Source of the DNA: Verrucomicrobiota bacterium
GTDB lineage: Bacteria > Verrucomicrobiota > Verrucomicrobiia > Limisphaerales > JADLHS01
NCBI GenBank assembly: GCA_049840435.1
Contig: JASGKY010000036.1
Location: 58,936 to 122,935 of the forward strand
DNA: 64,000 bases
Direction of reading: 5' to 3'
Below the pieces are notes generated by a model that saw only the letters and a list, made by a program, of their open reading frames with translations, ran no database searches and was not told where the DNA came from. A program made the position numbers and the translations under genes. Below, one piece after another: positions 38,312-47,900 of the stretch (its first letter is position 1; each line of letters opens with the position of its first letter).

Positions 38312-39737
38312 TTATGATGTCAGCACGAATCCCGTCGTGGAAGTGCCGATCACCAACTCGGTCAACGTTCTGTATCACATGATGGTGTACAATTTGAGAA
38401 GCCTGACGCACACCATCCCGGTGTCTGTGCAGCAGTTCAAGCTAACGGCTACCAATATTGTGATGGAGGATAATGCCAATGTGGTGCTGGAGTTTCTGCT
38501 CAAAGGTCAGAGCTTTACGCTGAATGGTCAGATGAATTTGTCTGGTGGCGTGCTTAATTGGTACTCCAGCAGTGCGCCGGATCTGCGCTATTTCACAAAT
38601 AATGGCAGCCTGACAATTCCGAACGAGGCTCATTTTGGGGATGATGCCGTGCAAAATTATCTCGGATTCGTCAATCGTGGTTTCATCACCTCTTACGGGC
38701 AAAACATCAACAGTGTTTACACCGAGTTGGCCGGTCCTAATACCGTGACCAGTGCATTCAATCTGATCGGGACGGATGCCAAAGTGGATAATGGCAATAT
38801 TACGGCTGCGGGCGACATTTTGTTGACCACGGCTACGATGAAATTTAACCGGGCCTTGATTCAAAGCGATAATCGCATTGTGCTCAACATCGCCAACGCG
38901 TTGCTCGATAATGGTCCAACTTCCAGCAATACGCTCGTTTGTGGTGATGGATTGATGCTCAGCGCGAAGCCCGCGACCGGAGATTTGTTGGGGACAACAG
39001 TTCGGACGATTGCCCCTAATTTCGGCTTGGTCAGTCACTATTGGGCCGGAGCTGATCGCGGAGCGACCACGGCTGGATTTTCCAACAATGTTGCCTTGGG
39101 GCGGTTGGTCCTATCACCGAATGGCTTCGGGACCGCCTTTGAGTTCATTGGCACTGGGGCGGCCAACGGGTTGTATGTTGATTTGTTGGATTTGTCCCAA
39201 TTGTCCGATATCACCGAACAATTGTTGGTGGATCCGAACCTCACGATCTATTACGCCGCCGCCAAGCTCAGCTTTACGCCATCGGGCGGCATCTCGCCGG
39301 AGCAGTATTTGGAAAATCAATTCGGCGGACGGTTGCGCTGGGTTTCCCAATATGCCGGGGCCAACAGTTCCGTGGATGTCGTGATCAACGGCAATCAGAC
39401 CATTAAAGTGAATCGCGCGCTTCGCGACAGCACCGTGATTGATTCGGATTCCGATGGAGTGCCTAATTACTACGACGCTTCGCCCTTCGATGGCGTGAGA
39501 ATCACCTCTTCCACTCGGAGTAATAACCCTGCTGGGTTTGTGCTGACTTGGAATGCCGCCCCGAATACCGTGTATCGGGTTGATTATCGGACCACATTGT
39601 CCTCATCCTTGTGGACCACGCTTTTAATGACGACCAACACGGCATCCGTCATGGTACCTTGGTCGGTCATTGACACGAATGCGGTCGCTGGCCAGCAGCG
39701 GTACTATCGTGTCAGTTACAATCCAAACGGACCCTAG
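38238..39737 (+). CDS. Large exported protein, C-terminal part with DSDSDG motif and shared C-terminal domain
   Basis: DSDSDGVPNYYD, then LTWNAAPNTVYRVDY...LWTTL...IDTN...QRYYRVSY. Confidence 0.75.
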   Translation: MNDCVAMSGLGARCGAIRYSIVLTNYDVSTNPVVEVPITNSVNVLYHMMVYNLRSLTHTIPVSVQQFKLTATNIVMEDNANVVLEFLLKGQSFTLNGQMNLSGGVLNWYSSSAPDLRYFTNNGSLTIPNEAHFGDDAVQNYLGFVNRGFITSYGQNINSVYTELAGPNTVTSAFNLIGTDAKVDNGNITAAGDILLTTATMKFNRALIQSDNRIVLNIANALLDNGPTSSNTLVCGDGLMLSAKPATGDLLGTTVRTIAPNFGLVSHYWAGADRGATTAGFSNNVALGRLVLSPNGFGTAFEFIGTGAANGLYVDLLDLSQLSDITEQLLVDPNLTIYYAAAKLSFTPSGGISPEQYLENQFGGRLRWVSQYAGANSSVDVVINGNQTIKVNRALRDSTVIDSDSDGVPNYYDASPFDGVRITSSTRSNNPAGFVLTWNAAPNTVYRVDYRTTLSSSLWTTLLMTTNTASVMVPWSVIDTNAVAGQQRYYRVSYNPNGP

Positions 39738-39816
39738 TTACAAAGCGGACGGCTTTTGTTTTGAAACCGATTCGCTGCCGGAATTTGGGATTTTCGGCAG
39801 AAGCTCATAACGATTC

Positions 39817-42800
39817 ATGAAGATTCGCTTGTCAGTAATCACTGGCATCGCCACAGCGATGGCGACCACAAACCTTGTTACTGCTGCGGTGGCTCCGCCG
39901 CATTCAGTGCTGCCCAACTTGGACAGCCGGAAGTCCTTCACCAACACGACTGCGGCAGTGCGCTTGCAGACCGCCACGGCATCGGCGGCGTTGCTGAGCA
40001 CGCAGGTCAGTGGCGTTCGCTTCCAGCCTGACACCCGGACGGGGGGGGCACGGTTTCTGGCCGCGCAGCGCGGTTTCCTGACCGGCGTGGGCGGCAACGG
40101 AAAAGGATTGAGTGCTGCGGGTTTGAATGCCTTACCCCTCAGTGATCCCTATCGAGTGGTCAAGGCTTTCGCCAACGAGCACGCTGCGGTCTTTGGTCAC
40201 GATGCCTTACCTCTCAATGCCGCTCAGGTCAAAGTGGACGCGATTACTGCCCGCAATGGCATGCGGACGGTCATCTGGCAGCAACGGCAGGATGACATCC
40301 CCGTTTATGGCGCTTTGTTTGTCAGCCATCTGACGAAGAATGAGGAGTTGGTTTCTGTTTCGTCGCGATTTGTCTCCGATCTATCCCACTCCGCTTCGCT
40401 TGTGCCCGGGCGGGCTTCACTGGTGAGCAATCCCCCACTCAACGCGACTGCCGCCACGCGTCGGGCCGCTCTGGATCTTGGGGAAACGAACGCCTTGATT
40501 CAATTGACCCAAGAAATGTCCCCTGCTGGGGCGGAGCAGAAGCAGAGTTTTCTGTCTCCTCGGTTGAACGGTGAGACCTACGCGCAATTGGTCTGGCTGC
40601 CGTTGCAAGATGACTCCCTGCAATTGTGCTGGCAGGTGATTTTAACCAGCAAAGCGCGCCCGGAGATGTACCTGACCCTGGTCAATGCCCAGAATGGCAA
40701 CGTCCTGTTGCGGCGTTGTCTGACGGCTTATGCTACCCCGGCGACATTCAATGTTTATACCAGTGACAGTCCCTCGCCGTTTTCGCCCGGCCTGAATACG
40801 CCTTCTAATTTCCAGCCGCCTGTGGTGTCGCGAACCTCGGTCACGCTGACGGCCTTGAATAACACCGCTTCGCCAAATGGCTGGATCAATGATGGCGGCA
40901 ATCAAACGGTGGGTAATAACGTAGACGCCCATCTGGATCGGAACGATGACGACTTGCCTGATATGCCGCGTCCGCAGGGCAGTCCTAATCGTGTTTTTGA
41001 TTTTCCTCTCGATTTGGCGCAATCGCCCGGGACGTATGGCAACGCATCCGTGGTAAATCTTTTCTATTGGAACAATTTCGTCCATGACCGGATGTATGAT
41101 TTTGGGTTCACCGAAGCGTTTGGGAATTTCCAGACGACCAATTTTAATCGAGGTGGGGCGGGAAATGATGCCGTGTCCGCCGATGGTCAGGATGGGGGCG
41201 GATTTAACAATGCCAATTTTGCCACACCTCCGGATGGGATGCCGGGACGGATGCAGATGTATATTTTTAGCGAATCAACTCCTGATCGGGATGGTAGCTT
41301 GGATGCTGAAGTGATGGTCCACGAATACGGTCACGGAATCAGCAATCGTTTGCTTGGCGGCGGCGCTGGAATCAGTGAGTTGCAGACTGCAGGCATGGGG
41401 GAGGGGTGGTCAGATTTTTACGCTCTAAGCCTGTTGAGTGAGGCGACCGATGATCCGCACGCCGTTTATGCGACGGGTGGTTACCTGACCTATCAATTTT
41501 TTGGTCTGGATGCCAACTATTACTTTGGCATTCGGCGCTATCCTTACTGCACCGATTTGAGTAAGAATCCACTCACGTTCAAAGATATTGATCCCACGAA
41601 GGCGTCCACGCATCCGGGGGTGCCGATCAGCCCGATTTTTGGCGGCAGTCAGGCTGAGGAGGTTCACAATCAGGGGGAAGTATGGTGCATGACCTTGTGG
41701 GAGGTGCGGGCCAATTTGATTGATAAGCTCGGGGCGGTGGCGGGCAATCAGACCATGCTGCAATTGGTTACCGATGGCCTGAAGCTCGCTCCAGAAAATG
41801 CCACGTTTATCGAGGCCCGGGACGGAATCTTACTTGCCGATGAAGTTCTGACCGGCGGCGATAACTTGGCGGAACTTTGGTATGGGTTTGCCAAACGCGG
41901 TATGGGATTCAGCGCTTCAGCACCAACTTCGGACACGACTACCGGTGTTACTGAAGCCTATGATGTTCCGGATTATGTGATCACAGGCCCGACGGATGGA
42001 ATTTTAGAAGTCCGCATTACGCCGGCAACGGGGGCGGCTTTGATCGGGAACACTACCAACAGCATTTTTGTCCGGGTCACGGATGGCAAGGCGGTGACGA
42101 ACGCTACGGTGACGGCGAGTTTGAGCACTGGCGGCACCCTCAGCTTTGCCAACAACGGGCAGTTGCCCGATTTGGTTGCTAACGACGCCAATTACACGGG
42201 TAAATTTGTGGTCCCTAATTTATCGACGAATGTTACCTTGACCTTGGTGATCACTGCTCCAGGTAAAGATTCTGCCACTAATCTGATTACGTATGCCATC
42301 GTTCCTCCACCGCCGAATGACTTCTTTACCAATGCCATCAAAGTGCCGGCCGCCGGCAGCAATTACATTACTTTGAACGACACGGCCACCATTGAAAGTG
42401 GCGAGCCGATTCACGCTGGAGTGCAATCCACCGTGGCCTCCTTGTGGTGGACTTACACGCCGACCGCCAACGGCTCGGTGTTGGTGGATACGGCAGGCAG
42501 TCAGGCGGACACGGTTGTGGCCGTTTACACCAACAATACTTTGGCCGGATTGCAAACGGTGGTAGCCACTAACGATGTGGGAAGCCGTCAGCAGGCCTAC
42601 GTCATATTTGCTGCCAAGGCGGGGGTGGCATATCGGATCGCTGTAGCCAGTTATGATGATAACAGCACCGGGACCATTCGCTTGGCGATTGTGCCGGGAG
42701 GGACGCCCGATACCACAGCCCCGAGTGTGACGGTTGCTTCACCAGTCAGCGGGCTGACGGTCACCACCAATCGTGTGACGTTGGTGGTGGTACCGCGATT

Positions 42801-42876
42801 GATCCCGATCCGAACCCCTCTGGCTTGCAACAAGTCAGTATTCGGGTCAGCCAAATTGATGTCGGGGCGGGGGTGA
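39817..42876 (+). CDS. M36 (fungalysin-family) metallopeptidase, N-terminal part (frameshift near 42785)
   Basis: Signal peptide, FTP/PepSY-like propeptide, GFTEAFGNFQ, RDGSLDAEVMVHEYGHGISNRL, GMGEGWSD, GIRRYPY and EVHNQGEVW motifs. Confidence 0.92.
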   Translation: MKIRLSVITGIATAMATTNLVTAAVAPPHSVLPNLDSRKSFTNTTAAVRLQTATASAALLSTQVSGVRFQPDTRTGGARFLAAQRGFLTGVGGNGKGLSAAGLNALPLSDPYRVVKAFANEHAAVFGHDALPLNAAQVKVDAITARNGMRTVIWQQRQDDIPVYGALFVSHLTKNEELVSVSSRFVSDLSHSASLVPGRASLVSNPPLNATAATRRAALDLGETNALIQLTQEMSPAGAEQKQSFLSPRLNGETYAQLVWLPLQDDSLQLCWQVILTSKARPEMYLTLVNAQNGNVLLRRCLTAYATPATFNVYTSDSPSPFSPGLNTPSNFQPPVVSRTSVTLTALNNTASPNGWINDGGNQTVGNNVDAHLDRNDDDLPDMPRPQGSPNRVFDFPLDLAQSPGTYGNASVVNLFYWNNFVHDRMYDFGFTEAFGNFQTTNFNRGGAGNDAVSADGQDGGGFNNANFATPPDGMPGRMQMYIFSESTPDRDGSLDAEVMVHEYGHGISNRLLGGGAGISELQTAGMGEGWSDFYALSLLSEATDDPHAVYATGGYLTYQFFGLDANYYFGIRRYPYCTDLSKNPLTFKDIDPTKASTHPGVPISPIFGGSQAEEVHNQGEVWCMTLWEVRANLIDKLGAVAGNQTMLQLVTDGLKLAPENATFIEARDGILLADEVLTGGDNLAELWYGFAKRGMGFSASAPTSDTTTGVTEAYDVPDYVITGPTDGILEVRITPATGAALIGNTTNSIFVRVTDGKAVTNATVTASLSTGGTLSFANNGQLPDLVANDANYTGKFVVPNLSTNVTLTLVITAPGKDSATNLITYAIVPPPPNDFFTNAIKVPAAGSNYITLNDTATIESGEPIHAGVQSTVASLWWTYTPTANGSVLVDTAGSQADTVVAVYTNNTLAGLQTVVATNDVGSRQQAYVIFAAKAGVAYRIAVASYDDNSTGTIRLAIVPGGTPDTTAPSVTVASPVSGLTVTTNRVTLVVVPRLIPIRTPLACNKSVFGSAKLMSGRG

Positions 42877-44300
42877 TTGCAAATGGCGACAAGGCTTCTT
42901 CCGTGGCTTCTTTGATCAGCACGAATTGGTCTCAAACCGTTGGCTTGTTTCAAGGGGTCAATCAGATTAGCGTCAGCGTCAAGGACGGGGCTGGCAACCA
43001 GTCTTCGGCTATAACTCTGACCGTGACATATCGTCCGTTGGATCCGCCTAATGACTTCTTTGTAAATGCTATCGCGCTTACGGGGAACTCGGGCGTTAGT
43101 TCGGTCAATACGCTGCAGGCCACTAAGGAGCTTAACGAGCCGGTGCATGCCGGCAATGCCGGCGGCAAATCGGCTTGGTGGACTTATCAACCTCCCGCTG
43201 ATGGACAGCTGGTCCTTTCTACCACTAATTCGACCTTCGATACACTGCTGGCGGTTTATACCGGGAGCAGTATGAACACGTTGACGCTGGTTGCCGCCAA
43301 CGACGATGCCGCCAATGGTTCGGGGGGCAGCAGTGCTTTGGCGGTGGCAGTTCGTTCCAATCAGGTCTATCGCATCGCCGTGGATGGCTTTGATGCGGCG
43401 GGCGGCGTCGCTTATCTGCAATACTTACTGACTCCAGGAACGGTATACCGGCTGACAATCGCAACAAACATTGGCGGGGTAGTGCTTCCGGGTACGATGG
43501 ATGTACTGGCGGGGGCAACGGTGCAATTGCTCGCGCAGCCAGCGACCGGATACAGCTTCGATAGCTGGAGCGGCGATGTGGTTTCACTCGCCAATCCGAT
43601 CAATATCGTGATGAGTAAAGATCGTTCTATCGCGGCGCAATTCATCGCCATTCCTCACACCGACGGCTTTGAATCGGGTAATTTCACCGGGTTGGGTTGG
43701 ACGACAGGCGGCAACCTGCCGTGGCTCGTGCAAAGCACCAACGTCGCCGCTGGTTCATTTGCGGCTCGCTCTGGCGCCATTGGGGCCAGTCAGTCCAGTT
43801 CATTGTTCCTGAGCCGGAATTTCCGGGCTGGGCTGGGCAGCTTTGACTTGCGGGTTAGTTCCGAGCCGACGTGGGATGTCTTTGCCTTCTACGTGGATGG
43901 TGTCTTGCAGCAACAATGGTCTGGCGAGCTGGCTTGGACCAGTTTTGCTTTCCCGATCACGGCTGGGACGCATACTTTTGAGTGGCGTTACAGCAAGGAT
44001 GCGAACAATAACACGGGGCTGGATGCGGTCCTGATTGACAACGTCAATTTGCCCGTCGTCATGCCGGTGAATGCTTCCACGCCAGCCAGACTGACGGCCC
44101 GGCGGCAGACGGATGGCCAAGTGTTCTTGGATGTGCAGGGGCAAACCAATCAGCTTTATAACATTCAAATTTCGACCAACCTGGTGAACTGGCAGACTTT
44201 GGCCACGCTCGTGACCGTAAATGGTTCAGGCCATGTGCTCGATCCCGGAAGCCCGACTAACAGCATCCGGTTCTATCGGGCGGCGACGCCGGTTCCTTGA
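42825..44300 (+). CDS. M36 peptidase C-terminal accessory domains plus shared C-terminal domain
   Basis: Second PPNDFFxNAI...EPxHAG...WWTY repeat and Ig-like domains. Ends STNLVNW...LDP...RFYRAATPVP. Confidence 0.8.
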   Translation: MQQVSIRVSQIDVGAGVIANGDKASSVASLISTNWSQTVGLFQGVNQISVSVKDGAGNQSSAITLTVTYRPLDPPNDFFVNAIALTGNSGVSSVNTLQATKELNEPVHAGNAGGKSAWWTYQPPADGQLVLSTTNSTFDTLLAVYTGSSMNTLTLVAANDDAANGSGGSSALAVAVRSNQVYRIAVDGFDAAGGVAYLQYLLTPGTVYRLTIATNIGGVVLPGTMDVLAGATVQLLAQPATGYSFDSWSGDVVSLANPINIVMSKDRSIAAQFIAIPHTDGFESGNFTGLGWTTGGNLPWLVQSTNVAAGSFAARSGAIGASQSSSLFLSRNFRAGLGSFDLRVSSEPTWDVFAFYVDGVLQQQWSGELAWTSFAFPITAGTHTFEWRYSKDANNNTGLDAVLIDNVNLPVVMPVNASTPARLTARRQTDGQVFLDVQGQTNQLYNIQISTNLVNWQTLATLVTVNGSGHVLDPGSPTNSIRFYRAATPVP

Positions 44301-44343
44301 TGATGGCAGGTTTGCTGCCGAGCATGCGGCGAAAAGTTTCCCA

Positions 44344-44928
44344 GTGAAAACCTTCGGTCTGACCGGTGGCATCGGTATGGGAAAATCCACGGCGGCGCAA
44401 TTGTTGCGATCCCGCGGCCTTGCCGTCATTGATACGGACGACCTTGCCCGGCAGGTGGTGCAGCCGGGGCAGCCAGCGCTTGTTGAAATCTGCCAGACGT
44501 TCGGCTCTGAGTTGCAAGATGCTTCCGGCGAGCTGCGTCGTGATGCGCTCGCCAAAATTGTCTTCGCTGACCCCGTTGCGCGCGAGAAGCTCGAAGCCAT
44601 CACGCATCCCCGTATCACTCGACTCTGGCGGGAACAGCTTCAGGCTTGGCGTGCCGAGGGGCGCTCGGTGGCGGTGGTGGTCATCCCGCTCTTGTTTGAA
44701 ACAAAAGTTGAGGCGGAGTTTGATGCCATTATCTGTCTGGCTTGCGCTGCGGCCACGCAACAGCAACGTCTCGCCGCCCGCGGTTGGTCAGGCGATCAAA
44801 TCCAGCAACGCCTCGCTGCGCAATTGCCCGTGGTTGAGAAAATGTCTCGCGCCCATTTCGTGGTCTGGTCTGAGGGAGCGGTCGAGATGCTATCGGCCCA
44901 GTTGACGCGGATTATTCCGGTGGGGTGA
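44344..44928 (+). CDS. coaE: Dephospho-CoA kinase
   Basis: GLTGGIGMGKST, IDTDDLAR, LEAITHP and IPLLFE motifs. Confidence 0.95.
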   Translation: MKTFGLTGGIGMGKSTAAQLLRSRGLAVIDTDDLARQVVQPGQPALVEICQTFGSELQDASGELRRDALAKIVFADPVAREKLEAITHPRITRLWREQLQAWRAEGRSVAVVVIPLLFETKVEAEFDAIICLACAAATQQQRLAARGWSGDQIQQRLAAQLPVVEKMSRAHFVVWSEGAVEMLSAQLTRIIPVG

Positions 44929-44936
44929 AGCAATCG

Positions 44937-47900
44937 TTACGGCTGGGCGGGAGTAATGGCTTTAAAGAAGCGGGCATCCAGAGCGGGGCCGTAATTGGAA
45001 TTTGCACGGTCCGGTTGGTTGTGTCTGCAGTAATGTCCGTGAACTTCAGCCACTCGGTCATGTTGGTGGCATCGCAAAACAGTACGCTGTATGAGTGTCC
45101 CGCAATCGCTTCCAGCTCCAACCAGCAATTGGTCCCGGTCGGAGTGGCAAAAATCTGTAATCGCAACGCACTGGTCGCATCCAACGGGCTGGTGCCGGCC
45201 CAATATTCTTCTCGGTTCGTCATGCCATCCTGATCTGGATCACTGTTGGCATCTGGCGTCGTCCAATCTGTGCCGTTGTCGCGTTCCCATTCGTCCGGCA
45301 AACCGTCGCCATCACTATCCGCGGTCGGAGCGAACCGGCCCGGGGTTATGGCTGCGGCGGTCCAGTTAGTGGGCTCGCTGCTGAATTGCCGGGCTGAGAG
45401 TCGCTGCAACGACGGGCCACTGCCGTCGGCTGCGGTCGGCCAGGGCGATATTCGTCGTTTTGTATCCGACCACTTCGACGGCCACGTAAGGGGTGACTCC
45501 GGCGTTGGGATTATCGGGGGCAGCCAACGTGAGCGATTCCCCCGCGTTATTAAGCGCGCCCAGAATACGGACCGAGGATCTTGTGTGTGTGCCGGCACGT
45601 TGTACTTCGCGCGGAGCAATTCAGATCGAATGGCGACAACCAAGAGCATTTCGGCGGGGTAGAGTTGGAGATTTGGTGGGAAAACGTAACTCAGGCCATC
45701 GATACGCCAGGTGTTGGTGGGGAAATCGGGATGATATAACCGGTGACGATGGTATCGCCGGTGTTCAGCAATTCGATGAATTCATCCTCGGTTGGACTGC
45801 TTGGATGATAATGGATTTCGTTTATGACAATCGGGCCAATCTGCGGCCCGGCATTGGTGGTTCCGAGCGTGACGGCGCGTTGCAGAGGGAACGACTCGAC
45901 GCCCGCACTATTTATCGCGCGGCCAAAACTCCGGCCGTTGAAGACTGCTCCAAAGGCGAAACCATGGCTGTAACCGGTGAGTTCCGCGTTGGTGTTTGCG
46001 GAGGTGAATAGATAAACCTCTTCGCCCGTGGAACTGAAGGCGAACGCAGTGTTGCCTTCCGTCCCAGAAGTTAAACTGGCTGTCGTCAAAAAGTAAAAAT
46101 TCGCCCGCCGGGGTTGCTGCTCCGCCGGGATGCGGTACTTCTTCGGCATTGTCGCATTGTCAGTGAGATACCAGCCGCTTACATCCACGGTCGCATCCGT
46201 AGCGTATGCTGCAATTCGATCGCATCCCGCTGCGGCAGGTCTGTGTGGGTGAGGACTTCATTGATCACGATGGGCGGGATGCTTGGCTCGGGATGATACT
46301 ACGCCTGGCGTGCCGCCGGGTTGGTGATTGCTCGCCACTTGGTGCCGTTATCCGGGGCTGGGGTGAGACCGGGGTGTTTTGCACAGTGGGAGAAGCTCTG
46401 TCAGTCGGGTGTGATTGGCGAAGGCGCTTGGTCATCGTAGGTGAAGGAGAAAACAATGCCGCCAGACGGGAAGTTCAAAGCTCAGGTTTTCACCGCTGTT
46501 ATCCAACTGGCCCGTGTAAGTGGGCGGCCACCGAAATGTCCGGATACTTGGTCTAGTAACCAGTGGCATTGCGTGCCAGCACCAAAAACCCATTGGCGGG
46601 CAGCAGTGTGTTGTTTGAGAAGGTGAATGTGATTCCAGTGCTGAAGGTGAGCCCGGAGAGGTTGAGTGTTGGTGAATTTTTAAATTCGAGGAAGTTCCAA
46701 GATCATTGCCGGCTATGGAGTTCAGCGCTGGCGGATTGTAACATCATGACCTCGGTGATGACCAATTTCGTCAGATCTTGGGGGGGCGTGAAGGTGGCAT
46801 CGGTCAGCGCGCTCCAAGCTGTACCGTTTCTTACCCGAGTGCGGATGCGGGTGGGCTGGGTGATGGTGACAGCGGCTTCATAACTTTGTGCCAATGGGGT
46901 TATGGTGGTCGCCGGTTTGGCGCGGGTAGCTACCGTCTGTGGTGAAATAAATAGCGCCAGCAGTATTGGTGTGCGTCAGCGTGACTTCAAAGCCCGTTGA
47001 AATGTGCCGCCGAGTTGGTTTCGGTTTGGGGCACTTCAAATTGCGGAAACAGATTGTTGGCCCAGGAGTTGGATTCAGCACGATGGCAGCACGGAATAGG
47101 GGAAATAGTTGGTCATCAACCCGTCGCTCGCCGTCCGCCAGTTGTTATAATTGAACGCCGGCTCCTGCTTGGCGTCGCCCCAACGGGCAGATTCGGTGAT
47201 CGACAGGCCCGATCAATCTCTACGCCGGCGCGCCTGGTAGCGATTGCTGATGGCGTTGAACGTCAGCACGCCGGTGTTGAAGAAGTGGCGTTGGATGTGG
47301 TCGCCTACAAGAACACGAAACTCTTCGTTCGCCGAAAGTTGTTGCCAGAGGTATTGCGGGTTGCTTTGGGCAAAAGAGCTGCCTTGGGCTGGATCCCCGG
47401 CTGGGAATGGTCCGGTCCGGTCATCATTGAGATTGTAGAGGGTGTTTTCGGAATCGTGTAATACGAAGCGAAAGCCGCCGTGCTGGCCACTGCGATCACG
47501 CAACCCATACCAATTGTTGATGGATATCCCGGTGGCTGAAATGGGGGCGTCAAAGTTGCCGGTGTAGAGGATCACCAACATGTAATCAATCAAGGCGGGC
47601 ACATCGAGCAAGTTTTCATTAGCCGGGTTTGGCGTACCATCGGGGTTGTTGCCTTGAATTTTCTGGTACACGGCTGCGGTGGTAAAACCACTGGTAGCCG
47701 CCTGCCACAACCGCTGCCACGCCGGCTATAGGGTCCCGTCCGTGGGAATAACCTGATAACCGGAATCCGGGTCCACCTTGATGACATCGAGTAATTGTGG
47801 GCGTTCGCCGCCGAAATAGCTCGCGCCAAAGCTTGCTTCGGGGCGTTCTTGAGTGTTGAACAAGACCCCAATATTGGCCATTGAGATAGAGATGGTAAAA

